Assembly: GCA_964485575.1 (NCBI GenBank)
Contig: CAZAJO010000001.1
Location: 59,602 to 123,601, forward strand
Source: an uncultured Gammaproteobacteria bacterium
GTDB lineage: Bacteria > Patescibacteriota > Microgenomatia > Levybacterales > GWA1-39-11
Length of the DNA: 64,000 bases
Direction: 5' to 3'
Made by a program: the position numbers and the translations under genes. Below, piece after piece: positions 30,194 to 40,387 of this stretch; position 1 is the stretch's first letter, and every line of letters begins with the position of its first letter. The notes beneath the pieces are model-generated. The model saw nothing but the letters and a program-made list of their open reading frames with translations, made no database searches and had not been told where the DNA came from.

Positions 30194-32317
30194 CTAAACT
30201 CCAGGAGCACCTCCTGGCTTATTACCTGATTCGTCCTTTGGTTCTTCGGTTGGAAGTTCTTGGTGCATCGTCATTTCAGCATGTCCGGTCTTGCTTGCTT
30301 CATCGGTTCTATCGACCATTGTGTCTTCTTCGTCTTTCTTCTGATCAACTGCTGTTAAGATTGACTTAGCAGCTTCCATCTTGGCCTTAAGGTATGAGAC
30401 AACTTCAGTCTTTGAGAATCCTCCCAAAAGTAAGAATGGCAAAATATTTGCGACTCTCTCCATTCCTTTATCAACATTATCCTGATTTTCAGAACTTAGA
30501 AGGTTGATGGTCTCAGTAATGTTGTCTATATCTTGCTGAATGAACGAATGTTTGTCTGATGGCACTCCATTTGCACCTACAGGAGTCTCCATATTCTGAT
30601 AATTTTCCTGCCACATCTTCTTAACATCCTCGTATTCCTCAATACTTACCTGCTGTACTTGGTTGGTTTGCGGTAACTTTACATCCTTGATGTTTGCGAG
30701 TGATTCCTTTTTCTGCCCTGGCAATACAGCCTTTGTTTTGTTATTTACTTCCTCAGAAACCTTAGATGCTGACAAAACATTGTCGGCCAATTTGTCTCCT
30801 TGTTTTTGTTGAGCAACAAGTTTTTCTTTAATTGTTGTGAATTTCTCGCGGTCGTGAGTTGCCGTGGCAGTCGTAGGCTTTGAGATCTTCTCAAGTGTCT
30901 CATGAAATTTGCTTACCTCAGTTCTTGAGACACTATCATGCTTCATCATAGAAGTCTCGTACCGGGCAATGTCTCTCATCTTAGGAACTGTAAGATTGGC
31001 GAGACGCAATACATCACGGGTCTCCCTAACTGACTGCAGGCTGCTCAATGATGCTCTCTCCAAAGAGCTTGCGGATCTTGCTGCAGGAATCTCCATCGAC
31101 CTCTTATTGAAGAATGGAATACTTTTAGCAAGTCCGAAAGGTGAAGGTTGCTGTGGAGGTTGCCCTGGAGCAGGAGATGGTCCCCCATAGGTTTTGTTGA
31201 ACCAAGAATTAGACGTAATTTTCTTAACTACCGGACTTTCTCCTATAGACATGCCGCTGAGGTAATCCAGAAAAATTTGAAGCAGTAAGAAAGGCAATAG
31301 AATTACCACCCACAACATAAGAAGAGCAACAACATATAAGGCAAAGGTGTCGTTAACGTTAACTGAGTTATCAAGTCCAATCTGTTGACCTGGACCTCCA
31401 AGTAAAATATTTATTGCTGTTTTGTATCTGAATTGATCAGGAACGTTTTTTGTGAAATCAAAAAACATCGGAATTCCACTTCTCCAAACATTAACGAGAC
31501 CATGAAGAAAAAGAGCAAATAAAGGTGCATATAGTAACCAGCGGAAAAACTCTCCGATCCATATTTTTGCAGTATTTCTAACGGGACGGAAGAATAACAG
31601 CAACGGAAATATCGGGGAAACAATGATAAAAAACCACAAGATTATTTTTCTTATGATAAGAAGTCCTGTCATGACATAGTAGGTTATTGCTGTAAGTTTT
31701 ACTAAAAGAAGTGATATGAATGCTGACTCGTCATATTCTATTCCGACCTTTCTAAAACCAAGAAAATCGTATTGAAATGCAATGTAAAGGAGATCTCTTG
31801 AATCGATATTGCGACTCGTTCCATCCAACGGATCTTTAATGTTGAGGAAAAATCCTTGTAAAACGTCAGTTGCCTGATACAGGAACCTGATGATGGCAAA
31901 TGACAGAACCACAAGAACGACGATAAATATGAACCGGGGAATAAATTTCATGATTGTCAGATTTTGGCCTCGGGTTATGATCATCACGAATGCAGATCCC
32001 AATACAAAGAGCGCTAACAGAACAAAAACGATATTTCTTACAAGCGCCCAGAAGGTTTGGATAGGATTCTCTCCTGTTGCTGGCAGTACTATCCATTTAT
32101 AATTCTTGTCTTGAAGAGTCCAGTCAAGAAAATTATTAGCCCGGGTTGCTGTTTTACCGACGAAAGTCACTTCCTGGTCTTTTACCCATCCAGTTGTGAC
32201 ATCGGGAGCTGTTGTTGGGACAGCTTGTGCATGGATTGGACGACTAAATGAGAAAAAACCAACAAAGAGAATCGAAAACAGAAAGACTTTGATAAAACTG
32301 GGCAGTTTGTTATACAT
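30194..32317 (-). CDS. VirB6/TrbL-like polytopic membrane protein with long cytoplasmic C-terminus
   Basis: FWALVRNIVF...KFIPRFIF...LSFAI and IRKIILWFFIIVSPIF...W...F...APLF patterns typical of CPR T4SS-like membrane proteins. Start at ATG 32317. Confidence 0.65.
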   Translation of the reverse strand: MYNKLPSFIKVFLFSILFVGFFSFSRPIHAQAVPTTAPDVTTGWVKDQEVTFVGKTATRANNFLDWTLQDKNYKWIVLPATGENPIQTFWALVRNIVFVLLALFVLGSAFVMIITRGQNLTIMKFIPRFIFIVVLVVLSFAIIRFLYQATDVLQGFFLNIKDPLDGTSRNIDSRDLLYIAFQYDFLGFRKVGIEYDESAFISLLLVKLTAITYYVMTGLLIIRKIILWFFIIVSPIFPLLLFFRPVRNTAKIWIGEFFRWLLYAPLFALFLHGLVNVWRSGIPMFFDFTKNVPDQFRYKTAINILLGGPGQQIGLDNSVNVNDTFALYVVALLMLWVVILLPFLLLQIFLDYLSGMSIGESPVVKKITSNSWFNKTYGGPSPAPGQPPQQPSPFGLAKSIPFFNKRSMEIPAARSASSLERASLSSLQSVRETRDVLRLANLTVPKMRDIARYETSMMKHDSVSRTEVSKFHETLEKISKPTTATATHDREKFTTIKEKLVAQQKQGDKLADNVLSASKVSEEVNNKTKAVLPGQKKESLANIKDVKLPQTNQVQQVSIEEYEDVKKMWQENYQNMETPVGANGVPSDKHSFIQQDIDNITETINLLSSENQDNVDKGMERVANILPFLLLGGFSKTEVVSYLKAKMEAAKSILTAVDQKKDEEDTMVDRTDEASKTGHAEMTMHQELPTEEPKDESGNKPGGAPGV

Positions 32318-32318
32318 A

Positions 32319-32636
32319 TCAAGAAAATCCAGGAATATGCAGTACGTTTGTCGCGATAACCTGGATAAAGACGAACCCAAAAATTGCAAGCAAAATACCT
32401 ATGATGGCATACGTTATATAGGATTTTCCTGTCTGAAGCTGGGTCGGATCACCTCGGGAAATGAGGATATGATAACCACCTATTATAAGAAATAGGAGAC
32501 CTACAAGACCGATGAGGCCAAGCCCCCATGTGTAAAATTTACCCACAAATCCAGCTGGAGAATTAGGAAGACATCCAAAGTCCGTCAGTATCTCAGTATC
32601 CAAACAGGTTAAAGCCATACCCATTAATACTAGCAT
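32319..32636 (-). CDS. TrbC/VirB2-like (T4SS-type) pilin
   Basis: Two TM helices joined by GGYHILISRGDPTQLQTGKSYITYAIIG; N-terminal TDFGC. Start may be 32618. Confidence 0.8.
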   Translation of the reverse strand: MLVLMGMALTCLDTEILTDFGCLPNSPAGFVGKFYTWGLGLIGLVGLLFLIIGGYHILISRGDPTQLQTGKSYITYAIIGILLAIFGFVFIQVIATNVLHIPGFS

Positions 32637-32672
32637 TTTTTATGCTTGCAAGGCAATGTTTTTTGAGAAAAA

Positions 32673-34595
32673 TTAGTTAACTACTTCGCCTTCCTCGGCG
32701 TCTTCTTTCTTTGAGGAACTATCATCGGATTTTTCATCCGATTTTGGCTCTTCTGAACCTGCATCTTCTGCTTGTCCTGAGCTTGTTTGATCTTCTGGCT
32801 TTTGGTTTGCGTACATCTTTTCTCCTACCTTTGAGATTTTCTCAGAAAGATCCTTCGTTTTTGCTTCAATCTCATCCTTGTCTTCTCCATCTTTTACCTT
32901 TTTAAGCTCGGAAATTGCCTCTTCTACTTCTTTTTTGTCGGTCTCTTCAATTTTCCCTTCCATGTCCTTCATGGATTTTTCTGCCGTAAAGATAAGATTG
33001 TCAGCACTATTTTTTACCTCAATAAGTTCCTTTTTCTTCGCGTCTTCATCAGCATGCATTTCTGCATCCTGTGTCATTTTTTTGATTTCTTCATCTGTAA
33101 GGCCAGTCGAGCCAGTTATTTTGATACTTTGCTCTTTACCAGTTGCCTTATCTTTTGCCGTAACAGACAAGATTCCTGAAGCGTCGATGTCAAAAGTTAC
33201 TTCAACCTGTGGAACACCTCGTGGTGCAGGCGGAATTCCATCTAATATGAAGCGCCCTAATGATTTGTTGTCATTTGCCATTGGACGTTCACCCTGAACA
33301 ACATTTATCTCAACTTGTGTTTGATTGTCAGCTGCGGTTGAGAAGACTTGTGATTTTTTACTTGGAATGGTCGTATTTTTCTCAATTAATGGTGTCGCAA
33401 CTCCACCCATTGTTTCGATTCCAAGCGTCAAAGGTGTAACGTCTAACAAAAGCACGTCTTTCACTTCTCCACCCAGAACTCCTGCTTGCACTGCAGCTCC
33501 AACTGCAACAACCTCATCCGGATTTACTGATTTATTTGGTTCTTTACCAAAGAATTTTGTAACTTCCTCAATAATCTTTGGCATTCTTGTCATTCCTCCA
33601 ACAAGAATTACCTCATCAATTCCTGATGTTTCAACCTTTGCATCTTTTAAAGCCTGCTTGACTGGTCCAAATGATTTCTCAACAAGTGGGGAAACTAGTT
33701 GCTCCAATTTTGATCGTGGGATTTTTACTGTTAAGTGAAGTGGTCCATTTGGTCCTTGAGTTATAAATGGCTGATTGATCTCAGCTTCCATAGATGAAGA
33801 TAACTCAATCTTTGCTTTCTCTGCAGACTCTTTGAGTCTTTGTAGTGCTTGAGGATCTTGCCTCAAATCAATATTATTGTCCTTCTTAAATTCATCTGCC
33901 AGATAATCAATAAGGACTTGGTCAAAATCATCTCCTCCAAGATGAGTGTCTCCATTCGTTGCCTTGACCTCATAAACTCCTTCTCCCAATTCAAGGACAG
34001 AAATATCAAATGTTCCTCCTCCAAGATCATAAACCGCAACAGTGTGTGCGTGTTTTTTATCTAATCCATATGCAAGTGCTGCTGCTGTTGGCTCGTTAAC
34101 AATTCTTAATACTTCAAGACCTGCAATTTCACCGGCCTGCTTTGTTGCCTGTCTTTGGGCATCGTCAAAATATGCAGGAACGGTAATAACAGCTTGTGTT
34201 ATTTTGTCTCCCAAATAGTCTTCTGCATCTTTCTTGAGTTTTTGAAGAATTTGTGCAGATATTTCTTGTGGTGTAAATGTTTTACCATCAACTTCAACAA
34301 CAGCCATACCTTCACGTCCTGACTTTACGTCATAAGGCAAGAGTTTTAAGTCTTTCTGAACGGACTCGTCTTTCAATTTTCGACCCATGAGTCTTTTGAC
34401 AGAAAATACAATCTTCTTTGGTTTTAGAACCATTTGCCGCTTGGCTACATCTCCAACAACCCTTTCGATTGGATCGACAACTGAAGGAGTGGTGTTTCTA
34501 CCCTCAGATGAAAAGATGACTTTTGGAGAGCCTCCCTCCATTACAGCCATACATGAATTTGTTGTTCCTAAATCAATACCTATAATTTTTGACAT
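32673..34595 (-). CDS. dnaK: Chaperone DnaK (Hsp70)
   Basis: [38 protein letters not shown]. Confidence 0.99.
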   Translation of the reverse strand: MSKIIGIDLGTTNSCMAVMEGGSPKVIFSSEGRNTTPSVVDPIERVVGDVAKRQMVLKPKKIVFSVKRLMGRKLKDESVQKDLKLLPYDVKSGREGMAVVEVDGKTFTPQEISAQILQKLKKDAEDYLGDKITQAVITVPAYFDDAQRQATKQAGEIAGLEVLRIVNEPTAAALAYGLDKKHAHTVAVYDLGGGTFDISVLELGEGVYEVKATNGDTHLGGDDFDQVLIDYLADEFKKDNNIDLRQDPQALQRLKESAEKAKIELSSSMEAEINQPFITQGPNGPLHLTVKIPRSKLEQLVSPLVEKSFGPVKQALKDAKVETSGIDEVILVGGMTRMPKIIEEVTKFFGKEPNKSVNPDEVVAVGAAVQAGVLGGEVKDVLLLDVTPLTLGIETMGGVATPLIEKNTTIPSKKSQVFSTAADNQTQVEINVVQGERPMANDNKSLGRFILDGIPPAPRGVPQVEVTFDIDASGILSVTAKDKATGKEQSIKITGSTGLTDEEIKKMTQDAEMHADEDAKKKELIEVKNSADNLIFTAEKSMKDMEGKIEETDKKEVEEAISELKKVKDGEDKDEIEAKTKDLSEKISKVGEKMYANQKPEDQTSSGQAEDAGSEEPKSDEKSDDSSSKKEDAEEGEVVN

Positions 34596-34620
34596 ACTTT
34601 GTTTATTTATTATATTAGTT

Positions 34621-34680
34621 TGGCGAAAATTATATCTTGAGGCTCATTCGTAGAATGAGTTGATGATATAATTTTTCCCA
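34621..34680. other. Long stem-loop in the grpE-dnaK intergenic region
   Basis: AAAATTATATC(34626-36)/GATATAATTTT(34665-75) encloses CTCATTC/GAATGAG. Confidence 0.6.
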
Positions 34681-34692
34681 TATATTTTTTGT

Positions 34693-35178
34693 TTAATTTT
34701 TTAGTTCTTCACCGTTACCAACTTTTACTTGCGCTGGACGGATCAGTCTTCCATTTATTATAAATCCTGGTCTTACTTCTTCAATTACGGTGTCTTTTGC
34801 TCCCGGTACCACTTCTATCACTTCCATTGAGTCTGCATTATATTTTACATTCTCACACTGTATCTTATCAATACCGTTTTGTTGTAAGACTTCAAGTATT
34901 CTTCCAATTGTCAATTTTACACTCTCATCTGTCGTATATTTTCCTGCCAAAAAGAGTGTATCAAATGCAGGCAAAAGTGCTTCTATTAATTGCTTGTTCG
35001 CAAATTTGACTGCCTCACTTCTTTCATCAAAACTTCTTCTTTCTAGATTTCTATAATCTGCTACTGCCCTTTTTAGTTGTTCGTCAAGTTCTTGTATCTT
35101 TACGTCCCGTTCGTCTACCTCTTCGACTGGTTTTTCTTGCTCATCTTGTTTCTTTTTTTTTAAATTCTTATCATCCAT
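34693..35178 (-). CDS. grpE: Nucleotide exchange factor GrpE
   Basis: RAVADYRNLERR and GFIINGRLIRPAQVKV; lies between hrcA and dnaK. Confidence 0.95.
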   Translation of the reverse strand: MDDKNLKKKKQDEQEKPVEEVDERDVKIQELDEQLKRAVADYRNLERRSFDERSEAVKFANKQLIEALLPAFDTLFLAGKYTTDESVKLTIGRILEVLQQNGIDKIQCENVKYNADSMEVIEVVPGAKDTVIEEVRPGFIINGRLIRPAQVKVGNGEELKN

Positions 35179-35183
35179 ATAAC

Positions 35184-35906
35184 TTACCAACCTGCAACTT
35201 CTTCTATTAAAGAGCCGTAGTATCTTACTAGTGGTACGATATTTTCGTATCGAAGTCTTGCAGGACCGATAACTCCAATAGTACCATCATGATTTCCTCG
35301 TGTGTGGAATTTAGAAAATACAAAACTGTATGGTTTGAATAGTTCTAATTCCAAATCTTCTCCCAAAATTACTGAAAATTTCTCGTGGATATTCCCAAAT
35401 ATTGTATCGAAATAGCTAGAATTGTCCAAGAGATTTAATAAATTCTTTGTGACATCTATGTCATAAAATTCTGGCATGTCCAAAATGTGAGAGTATCCGG
35501 AACAGTAAAAGTCTCCCATGTCATTTCTTGCAACCGCCAATGTTCCTGTTTTGTCAGCTAATCTTTGAGTTGCTGTACGCATGAATTCTCCTTCTTTCTC
35601 CCGCACATCCCAAACCTTTTCTTTTGCTTCAACTTCCTCAGCAACTGAAAGATCCTTCTCTTTCATTAATTCATTGACATATAGTTTCATCGCTTTTGAA
35701 GTTGGAATACGGCCAGCCGATGTATGAGGTTTTGCAAGATATCCCTTTTTGACCATTGCGGCCATCTCGTTCCTTATTGTAGCGGGGCTTACACCTACAT
35801 CATACTTTTTCTCCAATGTTTCGGAGCCGACTGGGTTTGCCGTATCGATATATTCTTTAACTATCTGCTTTAATATCTCGATTTGTCTCTGTGTTAAATC
35901 GTACAT
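35184..35906 (-). CDS. hrcA: Heat-inducible transcription repressor HrcA
   Basis: LTQRQIEIL, PVGSETL, SPATIRNEM, PHTSAGRIPT and GVIGPARLRY. Confidence 0.96.
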   Translation of the reverse strand: MYDLTQRQIEILKQIVKEYIDTANPVGSETLEKKYDVGVSPATIRNEMAAMVKKGYLAKPHTSAGRIPTSKAMKLYVNELMKEKDLSVAEEVEAKEKVWDVREKEGEFMRTATQRLADKTGTLAVARNDMGDFYCSGYSHILDMPEFYDIDVTKNLLNLLDNSSYFDTIFGNIHEKFSVILGEDLELELFKPYSFVFSKFHTRGNHDGTIGVIGPARLRYENIVPLVRYYGSLIEEVAGW

Positions 35907-35971
35907 AATAAGATTGTAATGAAGTTAATGAATTCAATCTCATATAACCTTTCATTTGGTGATATACGAGA

Positions 35972-35998
35972 TTAGCAATACTATATCACGAGTGCTAA
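35972..35998 (-). promoter_or_regulatory. CIRCE element overlapping the hrcA operon promoter
   Basis: Plus strand TTAGCAATA-N9-GAGTGCTAA. Minus-strand promoter TTGACA(36008-36003)-17-TATAGT overlaps it. Confidence 0.9.
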
Positions 35999-36036
35999 AT
36001 TATGTCAAGCCCTTTCATTTGTGATACTCTAAATCC

Positions 36037-36372
36037 ATGAAAAAGAGGAAGAAATTAATTCCACATTTAATTATTGCTGTTCTGGCTCTAATTGGTATAG
36101 CTTTACTTGTAATCACTTTTAGTCCTGCCCGTCAGATAGATCTATCCTTCACAAAACTATCCCCTGTCATACCATTCTTTCTTTGTGTATTCTTAGCAAT
36201 TGCTGGAATATCAGGATTTATTTTGGCCCATTTAAGACGGGGGATTTTTGTCGCACTTTTTATTGTAGGATTTTTGCTTTTACAAATGATGAGATACAAC
36301 AATATTTTTTATACAGTGATATTAATTGTTATCTTTGTTCTTCTCGAATTTCTTTTTTGGAAAAAGAAGTGA
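36037..36372 (+). CDS. Small 4-TM hypothetical membrane protein
   Basis: 111 aa with four hydrophobic segments; TGA-TACTCT 6 nt before the ATG. Confidence 0.75.
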   Translation: MKKRKKLIPHLIIAVLALIGIALLVITFSPARQIDLSFTKLSPVIPFFLCVFLAIAGISGFILAHLRRGIFVALFIVGFLLLQMMRYNNIFYTVILIVIFVLLEFLFWKKK

Positions 36373-36407
36373 TTTTCTTTTAGCCTCAAAAATTGGTATA
36401 ATATCGT

Positions 36408-37823
36408 ATGAATAAATATTACATTACAACCGCAATTCCTTATGTAAATGCAAAACCGCATGTCGGTCATGCATTAGAATTTGTACAGGCAGATGTGATT
36501 GCCCGATACCAAAAACTTCTTGGGAAAGAAACCTATTTGCTTTCTGGAAGTGATGAGAATGCCTTAAAGAATGTACAGGCTGCGGAAACAGCTGGTAAAG
36601 GGGTTCAAGAGTTTGTTGATGAGAATAGTAAACTTTTTCAAAATCTCGCAGAAAGACTAAATGTCACATTTGATTTTTTCCAAAAAGGAAGTAACAAGGA
36701 TCACTATGAATCCTCTCAAGAGTTATGGAAACTCTGCGAACAGAAAGGCGATATTTATAAGAAAGACTACACAGGATTTTATTGTGTGGGATGTGAACTG
36801 TTTTATGAGAAAGATGAATTGAACGAAAATGGAGAATGTTTCGAACATCCTGGAAAAGCCCTTCAGGAGGTAAGTGAAACAAACTATTTCTTCAAGCTCT
36901 CAAACTATAATGACCAGATAAAACAACTTATAGAATCAGACGAATTAAAAATAACACCGCTATCTCGCAAGAACGAAATGCTTTCTTTCATCGAAAAGGG
37001 GCTTGAAGATATTAGCATATCTCGCTCTAACGAACGTGCTAGAAACTGGGGAGTTCCAGTTCCGGGAGATGAAAGTCAAAGGATGTACGTATGGTTTGAC
37101 GCTTTAAATATTTACAGAAGTGGACTTGGCGCAAAATATGATGAACTCTGGCCAGCTGATGTTCATGTAATCGGGAAAGGAATCACTAGATTCCATGCAA
37201 TTTACTGGCCTGCATTTTTACTTTCAGCAGGATTACCATTACCAAAGTCTCTTTTTGTTCATGGGTACTTTACTGTTGATGGTCAAAAAATGTCAAAGAC
37301 TTTGGGAAACGTAGTTGATCCAATTGAACTTGTGGATAAATACGGGACTGATGCTTTAAGATATTATTTCTTAAGTCAAATTCCATCCACCGATGATGGA
37401 GATTTTTCAGAAGAAAAACTACGAATTGTATTTAATGCAGATCTTGCAAACGGCCTTGGCAATCTTGTTGCCAGAGTTGCAAAGCTTTGCGAAAATGCCA
37501 ACTTTTCCTATGAACCAGATGAATCGAGATTTAAAGATAAGTCTCTCGATTTAGAGTTACTTTGCAAAGATTATAAATTTAGTGAGGCTCTCAATTTGAT
37601 TTGGTCAAGGATAAAAAGCGCTGATGGATTTATCAACGCACAAGCACCCTGGAAAGTAACTGATCCTACATTGCTTCGTGAAAAACTCCTAACATATGTA
37701 GATCAAATATATTGGGTTGCATATGATCTTCAACCATTTATGCCGGGAACTGCTGAGAAAATTTTAAAACAATTTAGTGGAGAGATAAAAAGTTCAGATT
37801 CCCTTTTCCCCCGGATTTCATAA
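36408..37823 (+). CDS. metG: Methionine--tRNA ligase
   Basis: YITTAIPYVNAKPHVGH, YCVGCE, MYVWFDAL, HVIGKGITRFH and KMSKT. Confidence 0.97.
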   Translation: MNKYYITTAIPYVNAKPHVGHALEFVQADVIARYQKLLGKETYLLSGSDENALKNVQAAETAGKGVQEFVDENSKLFQNLAERLNVTFDFFQKGSNKDHYESSQELWKLCEQKGDIYKKDYTGFYCVGCELFYEKDELNENGECFEHPGKALQEVSETNYFFKLSNYNDQIKQLIESDELKITPLSRKNEMLSFIEKGLEDISISRSNERARNWGVPVPGDESQRMYVWFDALNIYRSGLGAKYDELWPADVHVIGKGITRFHAIYWPAFLLSAGLPLPKSLFVHGYFTVDGQKMSKTLGNVVDPIELVDKYGTDALRYYFLSQIPSTDDGDFSEEKLRIVFNADLANGLGNLVARVAKLCENANFSYEPDESRFKDKSLDLELLCKDYKFSEALNLIWSRIKSADGFINAQAPWKVTDPTLLREKLLTYVDQIYWVAYDLQPFMPGTAEKILKQFSGEIKSSDSLFPRIS

Positions 37824-37858
37824 AAAAACCTCCCGTGGTGAGCGAGAGGTTTTAAAAA
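37822..37858. terminator. Probable bidirectional intrinsic terminator between convergent metG and hsp20
   Basis: AAAACCTC...GAGGTTTT stem flanked by A and T runs. Confidence 0.6.
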
Positions 37859-37883
37859 GCCTTAAGCTTAAACAGTTAAAAGA

Positions 37884-38312
37884 TTATTTTTTTGATTTTG
37901 CAGAAATTTTGATTTTTCGGGGTTCTTTCTTTTCTGCCTTTTTGAAGACTAACTTTAATACCCCATTTTCAAGTTCTGCGACCGGTTCTTGATCGGCAAC
38001 TATTCCTTCAGGAATTCTAAATGAGTAGTTAAATGTATTTGCCATCGAAGTCATGAAGTATCTTCTCTTAGTAGACTCTTCGTCATGCTGCTCAGCCGAT
38101 CCACTAATTCTGACTACTCCATTCTCAAATGTTATATCCAACTTATCTTCTGAGATTCCAGGGACATGTGCTTCTGCCACCAAAGAGTCTTCGGTCTCGT
38201 AGAGATTTAGTCCCTGAGACATCAGCTTTGAGATACCAGGAAGTGTAGGAAATTCAAAATCGTCATCCAAAATTCTGTCTAAATTCCATGGATTTAATCG
38301 CATTAATGACAT
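37884..38312 (-). CDS. Hsp20/alpha-crystallin small heat-shock protein
   Basis: LNLYETEDSLVAEAHVPG and AELENGVLKL; strong SD AAAGGAGGTG before ATG 38312. Confidence 0.93.
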   Translation of the reverse strand: MSLMRLNPWNLDRILDDDFEFPTLPGISKLMSQGLNLYETEDSLVAEAHVPGISEDKLDITFENGVVRISGSAEQHDEESTKRRYFMTSMANTFNYSFRIPEGIVADQEPVAELENGVLKLVFKKAEKKEPRKIKISAKSKK

Positions 38313-38370
38313 GTTATTCACCTCCTTTACTGTGTAATGATGAACTTTTTAAGTTCAAATCATTCAATTT

Positions 38371-38397
38371 CTATCAGTATAGCATCGAGAGTGCTAA
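38371..38397 (-). promoter_or_regulatory. CIRCE-like operator within the hsp20 promoter
   Basis: Minus strand TTAGCACTC-N9-TACTGATAG, overlapping TTGACA-18-TATACT. Confidence 0.75.
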
Positions 38398-38446
38398 TTT
38401 GTCAATACTTCTTATCTCTGGTATGATTGGTTTACTTTAAACCCCT

Positions 38447-39325
38447 ATGAAAAGGCGTCTTCTTTTGGCTCTATCCATAATCCTTGTTGCATCAGGACTT
38501 TTTCTTTTGGTTCGTGTCATCTATAGTTTTAAAGATATCGAAAAAGGGGGACTTCAAGTTACATCAAATGTAAAAGGAAGAGTACTTTTAGATAACAAAT
38601 ATATTGGAGACATCCCGGTCAGAAAAATAAACCAACCCGATACAGTTGCAGTTGGGAATTATGAATTACGTATCGAGCCAGAAGACAAAACACTTACTGC
38701 ATACACTGCACGAGTGAGAGTAAATGGAGGGGTACTCACAGCAGTTGACAAGACTTTTCTTCCCGGATCACTAGGTAGCTCTTATATTCTGACCCTTGAG
38801 AAATCTTCAAGTCCAAAACCACAAATTGAGATAACTACAATTCCTGATGGCGCACTGGTCACCATTGATAGCGTTGCCTTAGGTGCAACTCCATACAAGT
38901 CAGACACTCTTTCAGCGTCAGAGCACGAAGTAGAAATTCAAAAGGAAGGCTTTGCAAAAAAAACAATCAGAGTAAGGGTTGTTAATAATCATATTCTTGT
39001 AGTTAGCGCGAGTCTGGGAACTGGAGACATAGGAACTATTCCACAAATTACACCCGTCGGACAGAGCCCTCTGGACGGGGCAACACCTAGTGTGACTCCA
39101 TCAGTCACCCCAACAGAAATAGCAAAGGGGAAAGTTACAATACTCCCAACTCCGAATGGTTTTTTGAGGGTAAGAAGTGGAGCAGGAACTACCTTTAGTG
39201 AAGTAGGAAGAGTCAAACCAAATGAAACTTTCGATATTTTATCAGAACAATCTGGGTGGTTTGAGATACAAATTGATGATACAACTACCGGATGGGTTAC
39301 TTCCCAATATTCTAAAAAAGAATAG
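38447..39325 (+). CDS. PEGA-domain and C-terminal SH3b-domain membrane-anchored protein
   Basis: N-terminal TM; two PEGA-like units (ITTIPDGALVTID...GATP...HEVEIQKEGF); TP linker; LRVRSGAG...WFEI...GWVTSQY. Confidence 0.85.
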   Translation: MKRRLLLALSIILVASGLFLLVRVIYSFKDIEKGGLQVTSNVKGRVLLDNKYIGDIPVRKINQPDTVAVGNYELRIEPEDKTLTAYTARVRVNGGVLTAVDKTFLPGSLGSSYILTLEKSSSPKPQIEITTIPDGALVTIDSVALGATPYKSDTLSASEHEVEIQKEGFAKKTIRVRVVNNHILVVSASLGTGDIGTIPQITPVGQSPLDGATPSVTPSVTPTEIAKGKVTILPTPNGFLRVRSGAGTTFSEVGRVKPNETFDILSEQSGWFEIQIDDTTTGWVTSQYSKKE

Positions 39326-39382
39326 TTAGTGTAGCGACTGCATAGGAGCGAAACCAAGACTTTCTACCATAGCAAGAAAGGC

Positions 39383-40333
39383 TTATCCTCCAATAAAATA
39401 AATTATAAAAATAACAAGAAATCCCCAGATGATAACAGATGCCAATAGTGGTCTATCTGTAAGAAGCACTTTATCAGGACTCTCTCCTTCTTTCTTTTCA
39501 TAAATATCTTGCAGGTACCTCATAACACCATAAATTACTGGAATAATTGTTACCATGAGCCACTTTCTATTGAAATACGTTGGAAGATATTCAGGTAGCA
39601 AAACGTCCAACCCAATATGTAGTCCTTTTGGAGTTGCTAGAAAAGTAAAAAGTCCATAAAAAACGAATGTTGATGTTGCAAAAATAGTAGAGAAGGAATC
39701 AAGTAGAGCTTCAGAGTAGTGAGAAAGCGTCTTTCTGACCTCATCAATCTTTGCACCTTTAACATTTTGAAGAAGCGTTAACTCAGACCTTCTCTTTCCA
39801 ACAGCAAGAAAAAGAGATAGGGAAACTGCAGTCAAAAGTAACCAAATGGATGTATGGAAATTTGAGATAGCCTCTCCGGCAAGAATTCTTAATATATATC
39901 CAGTTGCAATAAAAAGAATGTCAAATATTGTTATTGATTTGAATACGGTTGAATAAAGTATTTGAAGCAATATATATGAAATTGCGATAACAGTAAAAAG
40001 ATAACTAGTATTTAGAGCTATGACAAATGCTGCAGTAAGTATTAACACAAGCAAAACCACTGCCTCGGGAACTGAAATGATTCCACTGGCGATCGGTCTC
40101 ATCTTCTTGAATGGATGAAGCCTATCTTTTTTTACATCTAAAATATCGTTGAATATGTATGTTGCCGATGCAAACATACAAAAAGCAATAAACCCACTTA
40201 CTACTTGGGAAAGGAGATCTAATTCGAATAATTTACCAGCGAAGGTAACACCTGCAAATAAAGCGAAATTCTTAATCCATTGCCTTGGACGTAATAACTT
40301 CAATATATAATATCCGTGTCTAATCATAAGCAA
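39383..40333 (-). CDS. UbiA-family polyprenyl-phosphate phosphoribosyltransferase (DPPR synthase-like)
   Basis: LLRPRQWIKN, YIFNDILDVKKDRLHPFKKMRPIASG, GKRRSEL and GESP...D. Confidence 0.9.
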   Translation of the reverse strand: MLMIRHGYYILKLLRPRQWIKNFALFAGVTFAGKLFELDLLSQVVSGFIAFCMFASATYIFNDILDVKKDRLHPFKKMRPIASGIISVPEAVVLLVLILTAAFVIALNTSYLFTVIAISYILLQILYSTVFKSITIFDILFIATGYILRILAGEAISNFHTSIWLLLTAVSLSLFLAVGKRRSELTLLQNVKGAKIDEVRKTLSHYSEALLDSFSTIFATSTFVFYGLFTFLATPKGLHIGLDVLLPEYLPTYFNRKWLMVTIIPVIYGVMRYLQDIYEKKEGESPDKVLLTDRPLLASVIIWGFLVIFIIYFIGG

Positions 40334-40387
40334 AGCTTGCTAATCGTAAGCCTCTCTTCGTTCGTCTTGCGACTAAAATTTTCAATT

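Noticed and set aside
30194-32636. Integrative conjugative element
   Set aside because: No integrase, relaxase, VirB4/VirD4 or flanking direct repeats were seen; such genes are typically chromosomal in CPR.
40327-40343. TAAGCAAAGCTTGCTAA as a fifth CIRCE
   Set aside because: The arms are far too close together (no 9-nt spacer) and it is not upstream of a heat-shock gene.
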